This document shows positions 25,015 to 32,122 of a stretch of 35,787 bases of DNA, piece after piece. The position numbers and the translations under genes were made by a program. The notes under the pieces are model-generated. The model was not told the DNA's origin. It saw nothing but the letters and a program-made list of their open reading frames with translations, and did not search any database. This DNA comes from Thermoanaerobaculia bacterium (GTDB lineage Bacteria > Acidobacteriota > Thermoanaerobaculia > Gp7-AA8). Where the stretch lies: positions 1 to 35,787 of the forward strand of contig DATLBM010000269.1 in NCBI GenBank assembly GCA_035526885.1, given 5' to 3'. Each line of letters starts with the position of its first letter. Position 1 is the stretch's first letter.

Positions 25015-25817
25015 GCGGCGTCTTCTCCGTACGGCAGCGCGGCCATGCGCGCGACGTTGCCGATGCGGATCGCCAGCGCCGCGGCAGGCGAGGCGATGCG
25101 GTGATTCGCGTAGGGATCGGACGGGGGCGCCGGATCGTTGATGAGGTCCAGACGCGGTTCCTCGATGGAGCAGTCGAGCAGCGCCGCCGTGCGCAGCGCA
25201 TCGGCGAGCGTGTTCTTCGGCGCCTCCGGGATATCCGCGATGCCGACGAGGCCCGTCGAGGCGATGGCGTGTGCCTCTTCGATCGACAACGCGCCTTGGA
25301 GTTGATCGAGGAACGGCGCCGCATCCGCGCCGATGAGCGTGCAGTAGCGCGCCGCGTGCGCGGCCTCGAGCTTCGTCGTGACGCGCAGCCGTTGCAGCGC
25401 CGCCAGTGGACGCCGGTCCGCGCGCGGGCGCCGCCACTTCGTGTTGGGTAGCATGGCGATGGCGGCGCAGGCCGTGGTGGCGGCGTCGGCGCCGCGCGTG
25501 CCGAGGCGGCCGTGGAGCTGCCAGGTGCCATCGGCGGATTGCTCGGAGGCGAGGTAGAGCCGCAGTCCCCATCGCAGCGACACGACGTCGACGAAAAACG
25601 ATTGCGGGACGAGATCGCGCACGCGTCCCACGAACCGCGGCGAGCGCGGATCGACGAACGCCAGCGCGTCGTACGCGAGCGCGGAGAGCAGCGGCGCCGG
25701 CGCGTAATACGTCTCGCCGTCGTCGCCGCAGCGCACGGACGACAGCTCGCCCATGGGCAGCTGCATCGTGCGCAGCGAGCGCGCCGCGGCCGCGAGATAC
25801 GCACCGGCGCGCGTCAC
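25011..25817 (-). CDS. hypothetical protein; one terpenoid-cyclase/prenyltransferase-like repeat motif
   Basis: GTG 25817 overlaps the upstream stop (GTGA). GC3 is high. SADGTWQL resembles the Q..DG.W repeat of alpha/alpha-toroid cyclases. Function is uncertain. Confidence 0.5.
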   Translation of the reverse strand: MTRAGAYLAAAARSLRTMQLPMGELSSVRCGDDGETYYAPAPLLSALAYDALAFVDPRSPRFVGRVRDLVPQSFFVDVVSLRWGLRLYLASEQSADGTWQLHGRLGTRGADAATTACAAIAMLPNTKWRRPRADRRPLAALQRLRVTTKLEAAHAARYCTLIGADAAPFLDQLQGALSIEEAHAIASTGLVGIADIPEAPKNTLADALRTAALLDCSIEEPRLDLINDPAPPSDPYANHRIASPAAALAIRIGNVARMAALPYGEDAA

Positions 25818-27340
25818 ACGGCCTCCCGCGCGAGCTTCCAGAGATTGGAGCGCGCGCAGTCGGCGAAGCGCTGGCGCAGATGCGCGCGCAGCTCGTCCTC
25901 GCCGGCGACGCCGGGCCGCGGCGCGCGCGGCATCAGTCGCCCGTAGCGTTCGTCGCGCGCGAGCGTGGCGAAGGCGCGCGGCCACTCCGGCAGCGCGGCC
26001 ACCACCGCGTTGTGCGCGTCGACGCAGCGCTGCCACCGCTCGAGCAACTCATCGAGGGACGCGTCGAAGTCGATCGCCCCCGCCGCCTCGGCCAGCGCCT
26101 TCGCCTCCGGCGTTCGCTGCGGCCCGCGAATGACCAGCCGCATGGCCGCGCCGATCTCGCGCGGATCGTCTTCCGAACGAAAGTAGAAGCTCGCCGGCGA
26201 GGGCACGCGCCAGGTCTCCAGCCCCTCGCGCGCAACGACGAGCGTGGTCGTGCCGAAGCGCGGGGCCGCATGCGCGAGGTAGGAGTCGGCGGTGACCGCG
26301 ACGTCCGCATCCGCGACGATGTCCAGCATCTCGCCGACCGTCGCCGCGCGTCCGTTCGCGGCGAGCTGCGCGCGCAGTCCCGCGTTCCGCAGCGCATCGC
26401 GAAGCGAGATCGCGAATCCGCGCGTAGACGCGTTCGGTCCCGTGTCGAGCACGATGCGCTCGCGGGTGAGCATCGACGTCAGGATGTTGCGCCACAGCTT
26501 CTCGGAAGGCTCTTCCTTCGAAGTGAACGGGCTGACCACTACCGTCGCGTCTTCGTTTCGTCGTGCACGCTTCTCGAATCGCGGCACGTCCGCGCCGAGC
26601 CAGCGGCACATGGCCGCCACGACGTCGTAAAAGTTCTCGGCGCTCTGCGGCATCTGGTGAAAACGCCGCGCGACGTTGTCGAGAATGGACAGCGACCGCG
26701 TTCCCACGGAGATCTCGAAGAAGCGCTTCACCTCGGGCTCGTGCGCGATGGCCGCGACCAGTCCGGGCGGCTCGAAGTCGACGTAGACGATGGCGTCGTC
26801 GGCGCCGGAGCGCATGCGCGTCAGCAGCTCGGCCATGTCGCGGTATCGCGTGACGCGCTGGTCGTGCTCGGATGCGATGCGGCTCCACAGTCCGTCGTAC
26901 GCCGTCAGCACGTCGACCGTCGCATGCGGCGCGAGCGACTGCAGCGCGCGCGGAATGGGCGAGGCCAGGATCTCGTCGCCGATGCCGATCGCGGGTCCGT
27001 AGATCACGGCGATGTTCTGCATCGACTGCCAGTCGTCCGGCGCGCGCGACGTCATCACGAGATCGCGAGGCATGCGATAGGCGAGGCGCGGCTGCAGCGT
27101 CGTCTGCAGCGCGGGCGCGACGCGGAAGAGATTCGAAGGAGTCAATGCGCGCAACGGCTCGCGGATGGCGTCGTCCTCGAAGAGCGGCGCCAGCGACTGC
27201 AGCGCGCCGATGCGGCTGCCGCGGTAATGCGTGTTCGCCGCGCTCACGGGCCGGCGCCCGAGGAAAAAGAGATACCGCGAGAGCAGCGTGGCGGGCAGCA
27301 CCAGCTCCGGATCGAACGGCGCGGGCGTGCGCGGCGTCAT
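25814..27340 (-). CDS. GT-B fold protein resembling glycosyltransferase family 9 (heptosyltransferase-like)
   Basis: IAVIYGPAIGIGDEILASPIPRAL near the N-terminus, VVVSPFTSKEEPSEKLW, and DADVAVTADSYLAHAAPRFGTTTLVV (DS..H.A motif). The ATG overlaps the upstream stop (ATGA). Confidence 0.6.
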   Translation of the reverse strand: MTPRTPAPFDPELVLPATLLSRYLFFLGRRPVSAANTHYRGSRIGALQSLAPLFEDDAIREPLRALTPSNLFRVAPALQTTLQPRLAYRMPRDLVMTSRAPDDWQSMQNIAVIYGPAIGIGDEILASPIPRALQSLAPHATVDVLTAYDGLWSRIASEHDQRVTRYRDMAELLTRMRSGADDAIVYVDFEPPGLVAAIAHEPEVKRFFEISVGTRSLSILDNVARRFHQMPQSAENFYDVVAAMCRWLGADVPRFEKRARRNEDATVVVSPFTSKEEPSEKLWRNILTSMLTRERIVLDTGPNASTRGFAISLRDALRNAGLRAQLAANGRAATVGEMLDIVADADVAVTADSYLAHAAPRFGTTTLVVAREGLETWRVPSPASFYFRSEDDPREIGAAMRLVIRGPQRTPEAKALAEAAGAIDFDASLDELLERWQRCVDAHNAVVAALPEWPRAFATLARDERYGRLMPRAPRPGVAGEDELRAHLRQRFADCARSNLWKLAREAV

Positions 27341-27960
27341 GCGTGGATCCCGGTCATGCCGCCGAGGAGCCAGCGGCCGTCGTGCTGCTGCCGGAACCAG
27401 AGCATGCGGCCGAACAGCTCGGTGAGCGTGCGCATGTGCGGCTTGCTGAAGAAGTCGACCTGCACGGTGACGCGAATCAACACGCCCATCGGATGGAAAA
27501 CGACGTCGGGAATCTCGGTGAGTGAGACGCGGAACTGCTCGCCGCGCCAGCCGTCGATGGAGCCTTCCAGCGCGCTGCGAAGGCGGTCGCGATCGACCTC
27601 GACGTCATCCTCGAACGCGTGATAGTCCGGCGCGATGCACTCCATCACCTCGGCGATGTCGCCGCGCTCGATGGCCTGGATGAACCGATAGAGGCAGTCC
27701 ACCACTTCCTCGGCGGTCTCCGCATCCCACGGCTCGGGTGCGGCTGACGTAGGACGGGCTTCAGCCCGTCCAGCGGGTGGACCGGCTGAAGCCTGTCCTA
27801 CGTCGAAGTAGCGATCCCAGGCCTGGCGCGCGACGTCCGGCGTGGCCTGCATCTCCTCGCCCGGCGCCCACGACACGAGCAGGTCGGTCGCGCTGAGCAG
27901 CCACGGGTGCAGATCGAATTCGTCCGCGGCGGGAGCCTGCCACTCGAAGTCGTCGGTCAT
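27337..27960 (-). CDS. NTF2/SnoaL-like small protein with an N-terminal extension and an in-frame repeat insertion
   Basis: C-terminal VVDCLYRFIQAIERGDIAEVMECIAPDYH... is typical of the SnoaL/NTF2 fold. N-terminal MTDDFEW... has high GC3. The repeat at 27746-27804 is read as VGQASAGPPAGRAEARPTS. Confidence 0.55.
   Translation of the reverse strand: MTDDFEWQAPAADEFDLHPWLLSATDLLVSWAPGEEMQATPDVARQAWDRYFDVGQASAGPPAGRAEARPTSAAPEPWDAETAEEVVDCLYRFIQAIERGDIAEVMECIAPDYHAFEDDVEVDRDRLRSALEGSIDGWRGEQFRVSLTEIPDVVFHPMGVLIRVTVQVDFFSKPHMRTLTELFGRMLWFRQQHDGRWLLGGMTGIHA
27746..27804. repeat. palindromic GGGCTTCAGCCC-core element, copy 5 (ACGTAGG subfamily), inside an ORF
   Basis: GACGTAGGACGGGCTTCAGCCCGTCC-AGCGGGT-GGACCGGCTGAAGCCTGTCCTACGTC. 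Confidence 0.85.
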
Positions 27961-28948
27961 GGGAGGAGGACGCGGCGAGTGTAGCATCACGGACCTGCGC
28001 ATCCTCGTGCTCACCGCCGACTTTCCTCCCGCGCACTGGTCGGGGATCGGCATCGCCGTCTTTCATCAGACCAACGCCCTGCGCGAGCGGGGCGTGGAGG
28101 TGGAAGTGCTGACGCGCGAGCGCCTCGAAGGCGTGCATTTTCCGCTCGAGGTCCGCCGTGGCGACATCGTGCATCTCCACTCCCTCGCGCTGGCCGAGCT
28201 GGCGCTCGAGCTCACGCGCCGCTTCGAGCTGCCGCTCGTCTACACCGCGCATTCGCTGATCGAGCGCGAGCTCGGCGAGCGTGCGGCGTCATGGGCTGCG
28301 TTGCAGCAACGCGTGTTCGAGGCGGCGGACGCGGTGATCTTCGTCAGTCGCGCGGAGCGCGAGGCCGCGCCGAACGTCCAGCGCGCGCACGTGGTGCACA
28401 ACGGTGTCAAACGTAGGGCGGACTTCAGCCCGCCCAGCGACGGGCTGAAGCCCGCCCTGCGTTTTTGTCCGGCCGGCCCGATCGTCTTCGCCGGCCGCTT
28501 CACGCGCAACAAAGGACTGGACATCGTTCTCGATCTGGCCGAATCCATCCCTCGCGAATTCGTGCTCGCGGGCGGGCACGGCGATCCCGATCTCGAGCGC
28601 CGCGCCGCATCGCGCTCGATGGGATGGCTGCCGCACGACGAGCTGCACGCGCTCTTCGCGCGCGCCGCGCTCGTGCTCATGCCCAGCCGCTACGAGCCGT
28701 TCGGGATGGTCGCGCTGGAAGCGATGCGCGCGGGCGCGCCGCTCCTGGCCTCGGAGGCGCTGCGCGAAGTGGCCATGCCCGAGTCGATCGTGCGCGGCGA
28801 CTGGCGCGATGCGGTGACGCAATTGCTCGCGCAACCGGAAACGCTGCGCGAGTTGCACGAACGCGGTCCGCGGCACGTGGCCGAGCATTTCGACGCGAGC
28901 GTGCTGGCGGAAAAGCTGTTGGCGATTCTGGAGAGCGTCGCGCGATGA
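27959..28948 (+). CDS. GT4-family glycosyltransferase with a repeat-encoded interdomain linker
   Basis: LRILVLTADFPPAHWSGIGIAVFHQTNALRERGVEVEVLT at the N-terminus; VVHNGV...FAGRFTRNKG; PSRYEPFGMVALEAMRAGAPLL (E-x7-E). Confidence 0.8.
   Translation: MGGGRGECSITDLRILVLTADFPPAHWSGIGIAVFHQTNALRERGVEVEVLTRERLEGVHFPLEVRRGDIVHLHSLALAELALELTRRFELPLVYTAHSLIERELGERAASWAALQQRVFEAADAVIFVSRAEREAAPNVQRAHVVHNGVKRRADFSPPSDGLKPALRFCPAGPIVFAGRFTRNKGLDIVLDLAESIPREFVLAGGHGDPDLERRAASRSMGWLPHDELHALFARAALVLMPSRYEPFGMVALEAMRAGAPLLASEALREVAMPESIVRGDWRDAVTQLLAQPETLRELHERGPRHVAEHFDASVLAEKLLAILESVAR
28409..28464. repeat. palindromic GGCTTCAGCC-core element, copy 6 (ACGTAGG subfamily), inside an ORF
   Basis: AAACGTAGGGCGGACTTCAGCCCGCC-CAGC-GACGGGCTGAAGCCCGCCCTGCGTTT. 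Read on the plus strand as KRRADFSPPSDGLKPALRF. Confidence 0.85.
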
Positions 28949-31290
28949 AGACGCTCCTCGATCTCATCGACGCCCTTCCGCGCCTCGGCAACCGCCGCGC
29001 CGCCGGCTTCGCGGGCGAGCACGGCGTTCGCTGGTGGACGTACCGCGAGCTGCATGAGATGGCCCATCGCGCGGCGCGCATCCTCGCGTCGCGCGGCATC
29101 GAGCGCGGCCAGCGCATCCTGCTGCACGGTCCCAACTCGCCGGAGTGGGTAGCGTTCTTTCTCGGCGCCGTGCTGCGCGGCATCGTGGTCGTGCCCGTCG
29201 ATGCGAACGAGACGACCGCGCGTCTGCTGAAGATCGCGCGACTGACGGGCGCCGTGTTTCTGATCGACGTCGAGGCCAATCCGCGCATCGGCATCCCTCG
29301 CCACGATCTGCACAACCTGAGTGGTGGAGGAGAGGCAATCCTGACTGTCGGGACAGACAATCTTGCCTGTCCTCCACAGGACCCGGCGGCGATTCTCTTC
29401 ACCTCCGGCAGCACGGGCGCGCCGCGCGGCGTCGTGCTCACGCACGCGAACCTCATGCATCAGGCCGCGCCGTTTCTCCGATTCCGCGCGCCGCTGCGCT
29501 TGCTGCGCTTCCGCCTCCTCGCGCTCTCGCCGCTCTCGCACGTGCAGGGACTGGTGGTCGGACTGCTCATCCCGTACGCGATCGGCCTGATCGTGCTCTA
29601 CACGCACAGCGCCGAGCCGCGCCATCTCATTCGAACGATCCGCACGTCGCGCATCCGCTTTCTCAACGCCGTGCCGCGCGTGCTGGACCTGCTCGAGCGC
29701 GAGCTGCGCATCGAAATCGGCGACGGCGGCTTTCGCGCGATGGCGCGCGTCATGGGCCGGCGCTTTCGCGTGATCCTCGCCGGCGGCGCGGCGCTGCCGG
29801 CCGCGCGCGAGGCGTTCTGGCGGAAGTCGCTCGTGGCGGTGGTGCAGGGTTACGGCCTGACCGAGACCAGCGCGCTGGCCACCATCAATCTCCCGTTCCT
29901 CGGCCGCGCCGGCTCGATCGGTTTCGCCATGCACCGCCACTCCATCCGCATCGCGGACGACGGCGAGATCCTCGTGCGCGGGCCGCACGTCGCGTCGCAG
30001 TTCATCGGCGACGCGGCGGATGCGTTCACGGAAAACGGCGAGCTGCGCACGGGCGATCTCGCGACCCGCGACGGCCGCAACCGCCTCTTCTTCATCGGGA
30101 GAAAGAAGGACGCCATCGTGACGGCGGAAGGTCACACCGTGCATCCGGCCGCGATCGAGTCGCGACTCGTCGCGCACGTTCGCGACGCGGTCGTGCTCTC
30201 GCTGCAACGCGATGGACTGGAAGAGCTCCACGCCGTGCTGCTTCTCGACCGCGAGTCGAGCGCCGCGGACGCCGTGCAGCGCACCAACCTCGAGCTCGCG
30301 CCGCACGAGCGCATCCGCGGCTGGACCGCCTGGCCCGACGACGATTTTCCGCGCACTCTCCTCGGCAAGCCCGATCGCGCGGAGATCGCACGGCGCATCC
30401 GCGTCGTGCCCGCGCCGCGTCCGGCCGCACCACCGCCGAATCTCCTCATCGCGTCACGCGAGCCCGATCCGCAACGCCGCGTCGCTGCGCTGGTGCAGTG
30501 GTTCGCAGCGCATCGCGACGCCAACGTCTCGGAGACGCTGCGCGATCAAGGCGTCGATTCGATCGAAGTCCTGCAGATCCTGACGCGCCTCGAGCACGTG
30601 GAAGCGGCCGAGCCGGTCGAGGCAGACGTGGACGTGCGGGAGTGGTCCGTCGTGGAGGGATTGCAGCCCCTGCGCTGGCTCGTCCGGCGCGCGCTCGTCG
30701 ATCCCGTGCTCGCCGTGACTACGCCCGTCCGCGTCGAAGGCGCGCAACATCTCGCAGGGCTCGATGCGCGCACGTTCTTCGCGATCGACGGCGACTCGCG
30801 CATGGACCGCGCGGACTTTCTCCGCGTCTATCGCGCCGTGCCGCGGCGTCTGCGCGGCGATCTCATGTTCCTGCTGGCCAGCCACAATCTCCGCGGCGAC
30901 GGCCAGCCGCGCTGGTTCCGCGCGTACATGAAGACGGTGCTCCACTTCGCGATGCCCGTGTTCATCCCGTTCACGCTGTTCCCGAAGCGCACGGAAACCG
31001 GCACGGCGGAGGCGCTGCGCCGCGCGTGCGCGTGCATCGATCGCGGCTTCGCGCCGCTGACGACCTGGGGCCGCGGCACCGCGGTGATGGCCACGGAATG
31101 CCGCCTCACGGTGGTGCCCGTGCAGTTGCTCGACGAGGGCAAGGGACGCGCAACGGTGCGTTTCTTCGCGCCGATCGCCCCGCATCCGACGCGCGGGAGC
31201 GATGAGTTGTACGAGTTGGTGCGGCGTGCGTTCGGCAGGGACGACGAGAGCGCCTCCGGCGGGCCGGCACGGCCGGCAGCGCTCACGTAA
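28945..31290 (+). CDS. tri-domain acyl-AMP ligase (ANL superfamily) - carrier-protein-like segment - PlsC/LPLAT-like acyltransferase
   Basis: ATGA overlap with the GT4 stop. AMP-binding motifs FTSGSTGAPRGV, QGYGLTETS, TGDLATRD, GRKKD. Then LRDQGVDSIEVLQIL (carrier Ser). The C-terminal acyltransferase-like domain has FAIDGDSRMD where the HxxxxD motif is expected. Confidence 0.75.
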   Translation: MKTLLDLIDALPRLGNRRAAGFAGEHGVRWWTYRELHEMAHRAARILASRGIERGQRILLHGPNSPEWVAFFLGAVLRGIVVVPVDANETTARLLKIARLTGAVFLIDVEANPRIGIPRHDLHNLSGGGEAILTVGTDNLACPPQDPAAILFTSGSTGAPRGVVLTHANLMHQAAPFLRFRAPLRLLRFRLLALSPLSHVQGLVVGLLIPYAIGLIVLYTHSAEPRHLIRTIRTSRIRFLNAVPRVLDLLERELRIEIGDGGFRAMARVMGRRFRVILAGGAALPAAREAFWRKSLVAVVQGYGLTETSALATINLPFLGRAGSIGFAMHRHSIRIADDGEILVRGPHVASQFIGDAADAFTENGELRTGDLATRDGRNRLFFIGRKKDAIVTAEGHTVHPAAIESRLVAHVRDAVVLSLQRDGLEELHAVLLLDRESSAADAVQRTNLELAPHERIRGWTAWPDDDFPRTLLGKPDRAEIARRIRVVPAPRPAAPPPNLLIASREPDPQRRVAALVQWFAAHRDANVSETLRDQGVDSIEVLQILTRLEHVEAAEPVEADVDVREWSVVEGLQPLRWLVRRALVDPVLAVTTPVRVEGAQHLAGLDARTFFAIDGDSRMDRADFLRVYRAVPRRLRGDLMFLLASHNLRGDGQPRWFRAYMKTVLHFAMPVFIPFTLFPKRTETGTAEALRRACACIDRGFAPLTTWGRGTAVMATECRLTVVPVQLLDEGKGRATVRFFAPIAPHPTRGSDELYELVRRAFGRDDESASGGPARPAALT

Positions 31291-31397
31291 ACACGTGCGG
31301 CTGCCGAAAGCCGCGTTCAGTGCGACAGGCGTGCGTCCGGGCTGGGCCAACCAGCGCTGCCGGCCGTGCCGGCCCGCCGGAGGCGCTCCCCGTCGTC
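31240..31397. repeat. large near-perfect inverted repeat (about 44-bp arms, 69-nt spacer) between convergent genes
   Basis: Left arm 31240-31283 is GACGACGAGAGCGCCTCCGGCGGGCCGGCACGGCCGGCAGCGCT. Right arm 31353-31397 is its reverse complement: 36 contiguous identical nt, then one indel. The spacer holds a small GCGGCT/AGCCGC hairpin. Confidence 0.8.
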
Positions 31398-31399
31398 TC

Positions 31400-32089
31400 T
31401 CAAACCCACTCCCACGCCAGGTGCCGCAGCTCGCGCTCCCACCTCGCGTACGACGCCTTGTTCGCCAGCCGCCATCCCAGCGGCTGTGCCTTCACCGGCT
31501 TGACTTCGCGGTGGCGCCACGTCAGCAGATCGCGCCGCACGAGGTACGCGTTCGGAGGCGTGGCGAACACCAGCGCGTAGCCTTTGGCGATGCTGACTTT
31601 GTGGAGGGCGCCGAGGGACTGGCCGCAGTTCATCTGGCCGGCCCAGCGGAAGGTGGCGTCGTACGGCATCACCACGGCCAGGTCCGCGGGCACGCCGCCG
31701 TTGTATTCGGCGATCACGATGCGCGGCCGGTATCGCGGCGCGAGCGCCTTCCAGACCCAGTAGTCGTTGCCGTCGATGTCGATCGAGAGCAGGTCGAATT
31801 CCTCGGGCACTCCGTACTTCGCGAAGATCTCGTTCACGTTCTCCGCGGTGATCAGCTCGCGGTGAAGGTTGAGCTCCGCGTTTTCGTGATCGCAGTCGAG
31901 CATCAGTCCCGACCAGCCGCGCTCGCGGAGCAGGCGCGTGTTGCACTCCTCGCCTGACTCCGTGCCCATCTCCACGAACACGCGATTGGTGACGCCGAAA
32001 ATCTCGAAGAGGCGCTCGATGATGCCGTCCTCGCCGTTCTGCGAGTAGACCTTCCGCTCGTGTTTGTGCAGATCGCGAACGAGATTCAT
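31400..32089 (-). CDS. FkbM-family (Methyltransf_21-like) methyltransferase
   Basis: VYSQNGEDGIIERLFEIFGVTNRVFVEMGTESGEECNTRLLRERGWSGLMLD is the typical N-terminal signature. Only the last 229 aa of the 878-aa ORF look coding. Confidence 0.7.
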   Translation of the reverse strand: MNLVRDLHKHERKVYSQNGEDGIIERLFEIFGVTNRVFVEMGTESGEECNTRLLRERGWSGLMLDCDHENAELNLHRELITAENVNEIFAKYGVPEEFDLLSIDIDGNDYWVWKALAPRYRPRIVIAEYNGGVPADLAVVMPYDATFRWAGQMNCGQSLGALHKVSIAKGYALVFATPPNAYLVRRDLLTWRHREVKPVKAQPLGWRLANKASYARWERELRHLAWEWV

Positions 32090-32122
32090 GCGGTGCGCCG
32101 ATCGTAGCAGACGTGCGTTACG

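Noticed and set aside
23279-25804. N-terminal 840 aa of the 1176-aa ORF 22274..25804
   Set aside because: It is Arg/Ala/Pro-rich and overlaps, out of frame, the well-supported genes 23290..25014 and 25011..25817. Only the segment downstream of GTG 23278 looks like real protein.
22675-27622. Long plus-strand ORFs (809 aa at 22675..25104; 738 aa at 25406..27622)
   Set aside because: They are antisense shadows of minus-strand genes that carry methyltransferase and GT motifs. They have no motifs of their own and are Arg-rich low-complexity sequence.
27842-27958. Upstream extension of the GT4 ORF (track start 27842)
   Set aside because: The extension (MACISSPGAHDTSRS...) overlaps the high-GC3 N-terminal coding region of the divergent gene and has no GT4-like sequence. 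The conserved GT4 N-terminus begins just after ATG 27959.
6890-28464. Whether the recurring GGGCTTCAGCCC repeats form a CRISPR array
   Set aside because: The copies are kilobases apart, each is internally palindromic (paired inverted arms), there are no regular spacers, and no cas genes are present. The pattern fits a dispersed REP/MITE-like family, not CRISPR.
29145-31205. 686-aa plus-strand ORF, out of frame within the ligase-carrier-acyltransferase gene
   Set aside because: It is Arg/Ala/Pro-rich, whereas the 28945..31290 frame contains the AMP-binding motifs.
31284-31352. Small hairpin (GCGGCT-GCCGAA-AGCCGC) as a Rho-independent terminator
   Set aside because: The stem is short and no T/U-tract follows on either strand. 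I treat it as part of the larger inverted-repeat structure.
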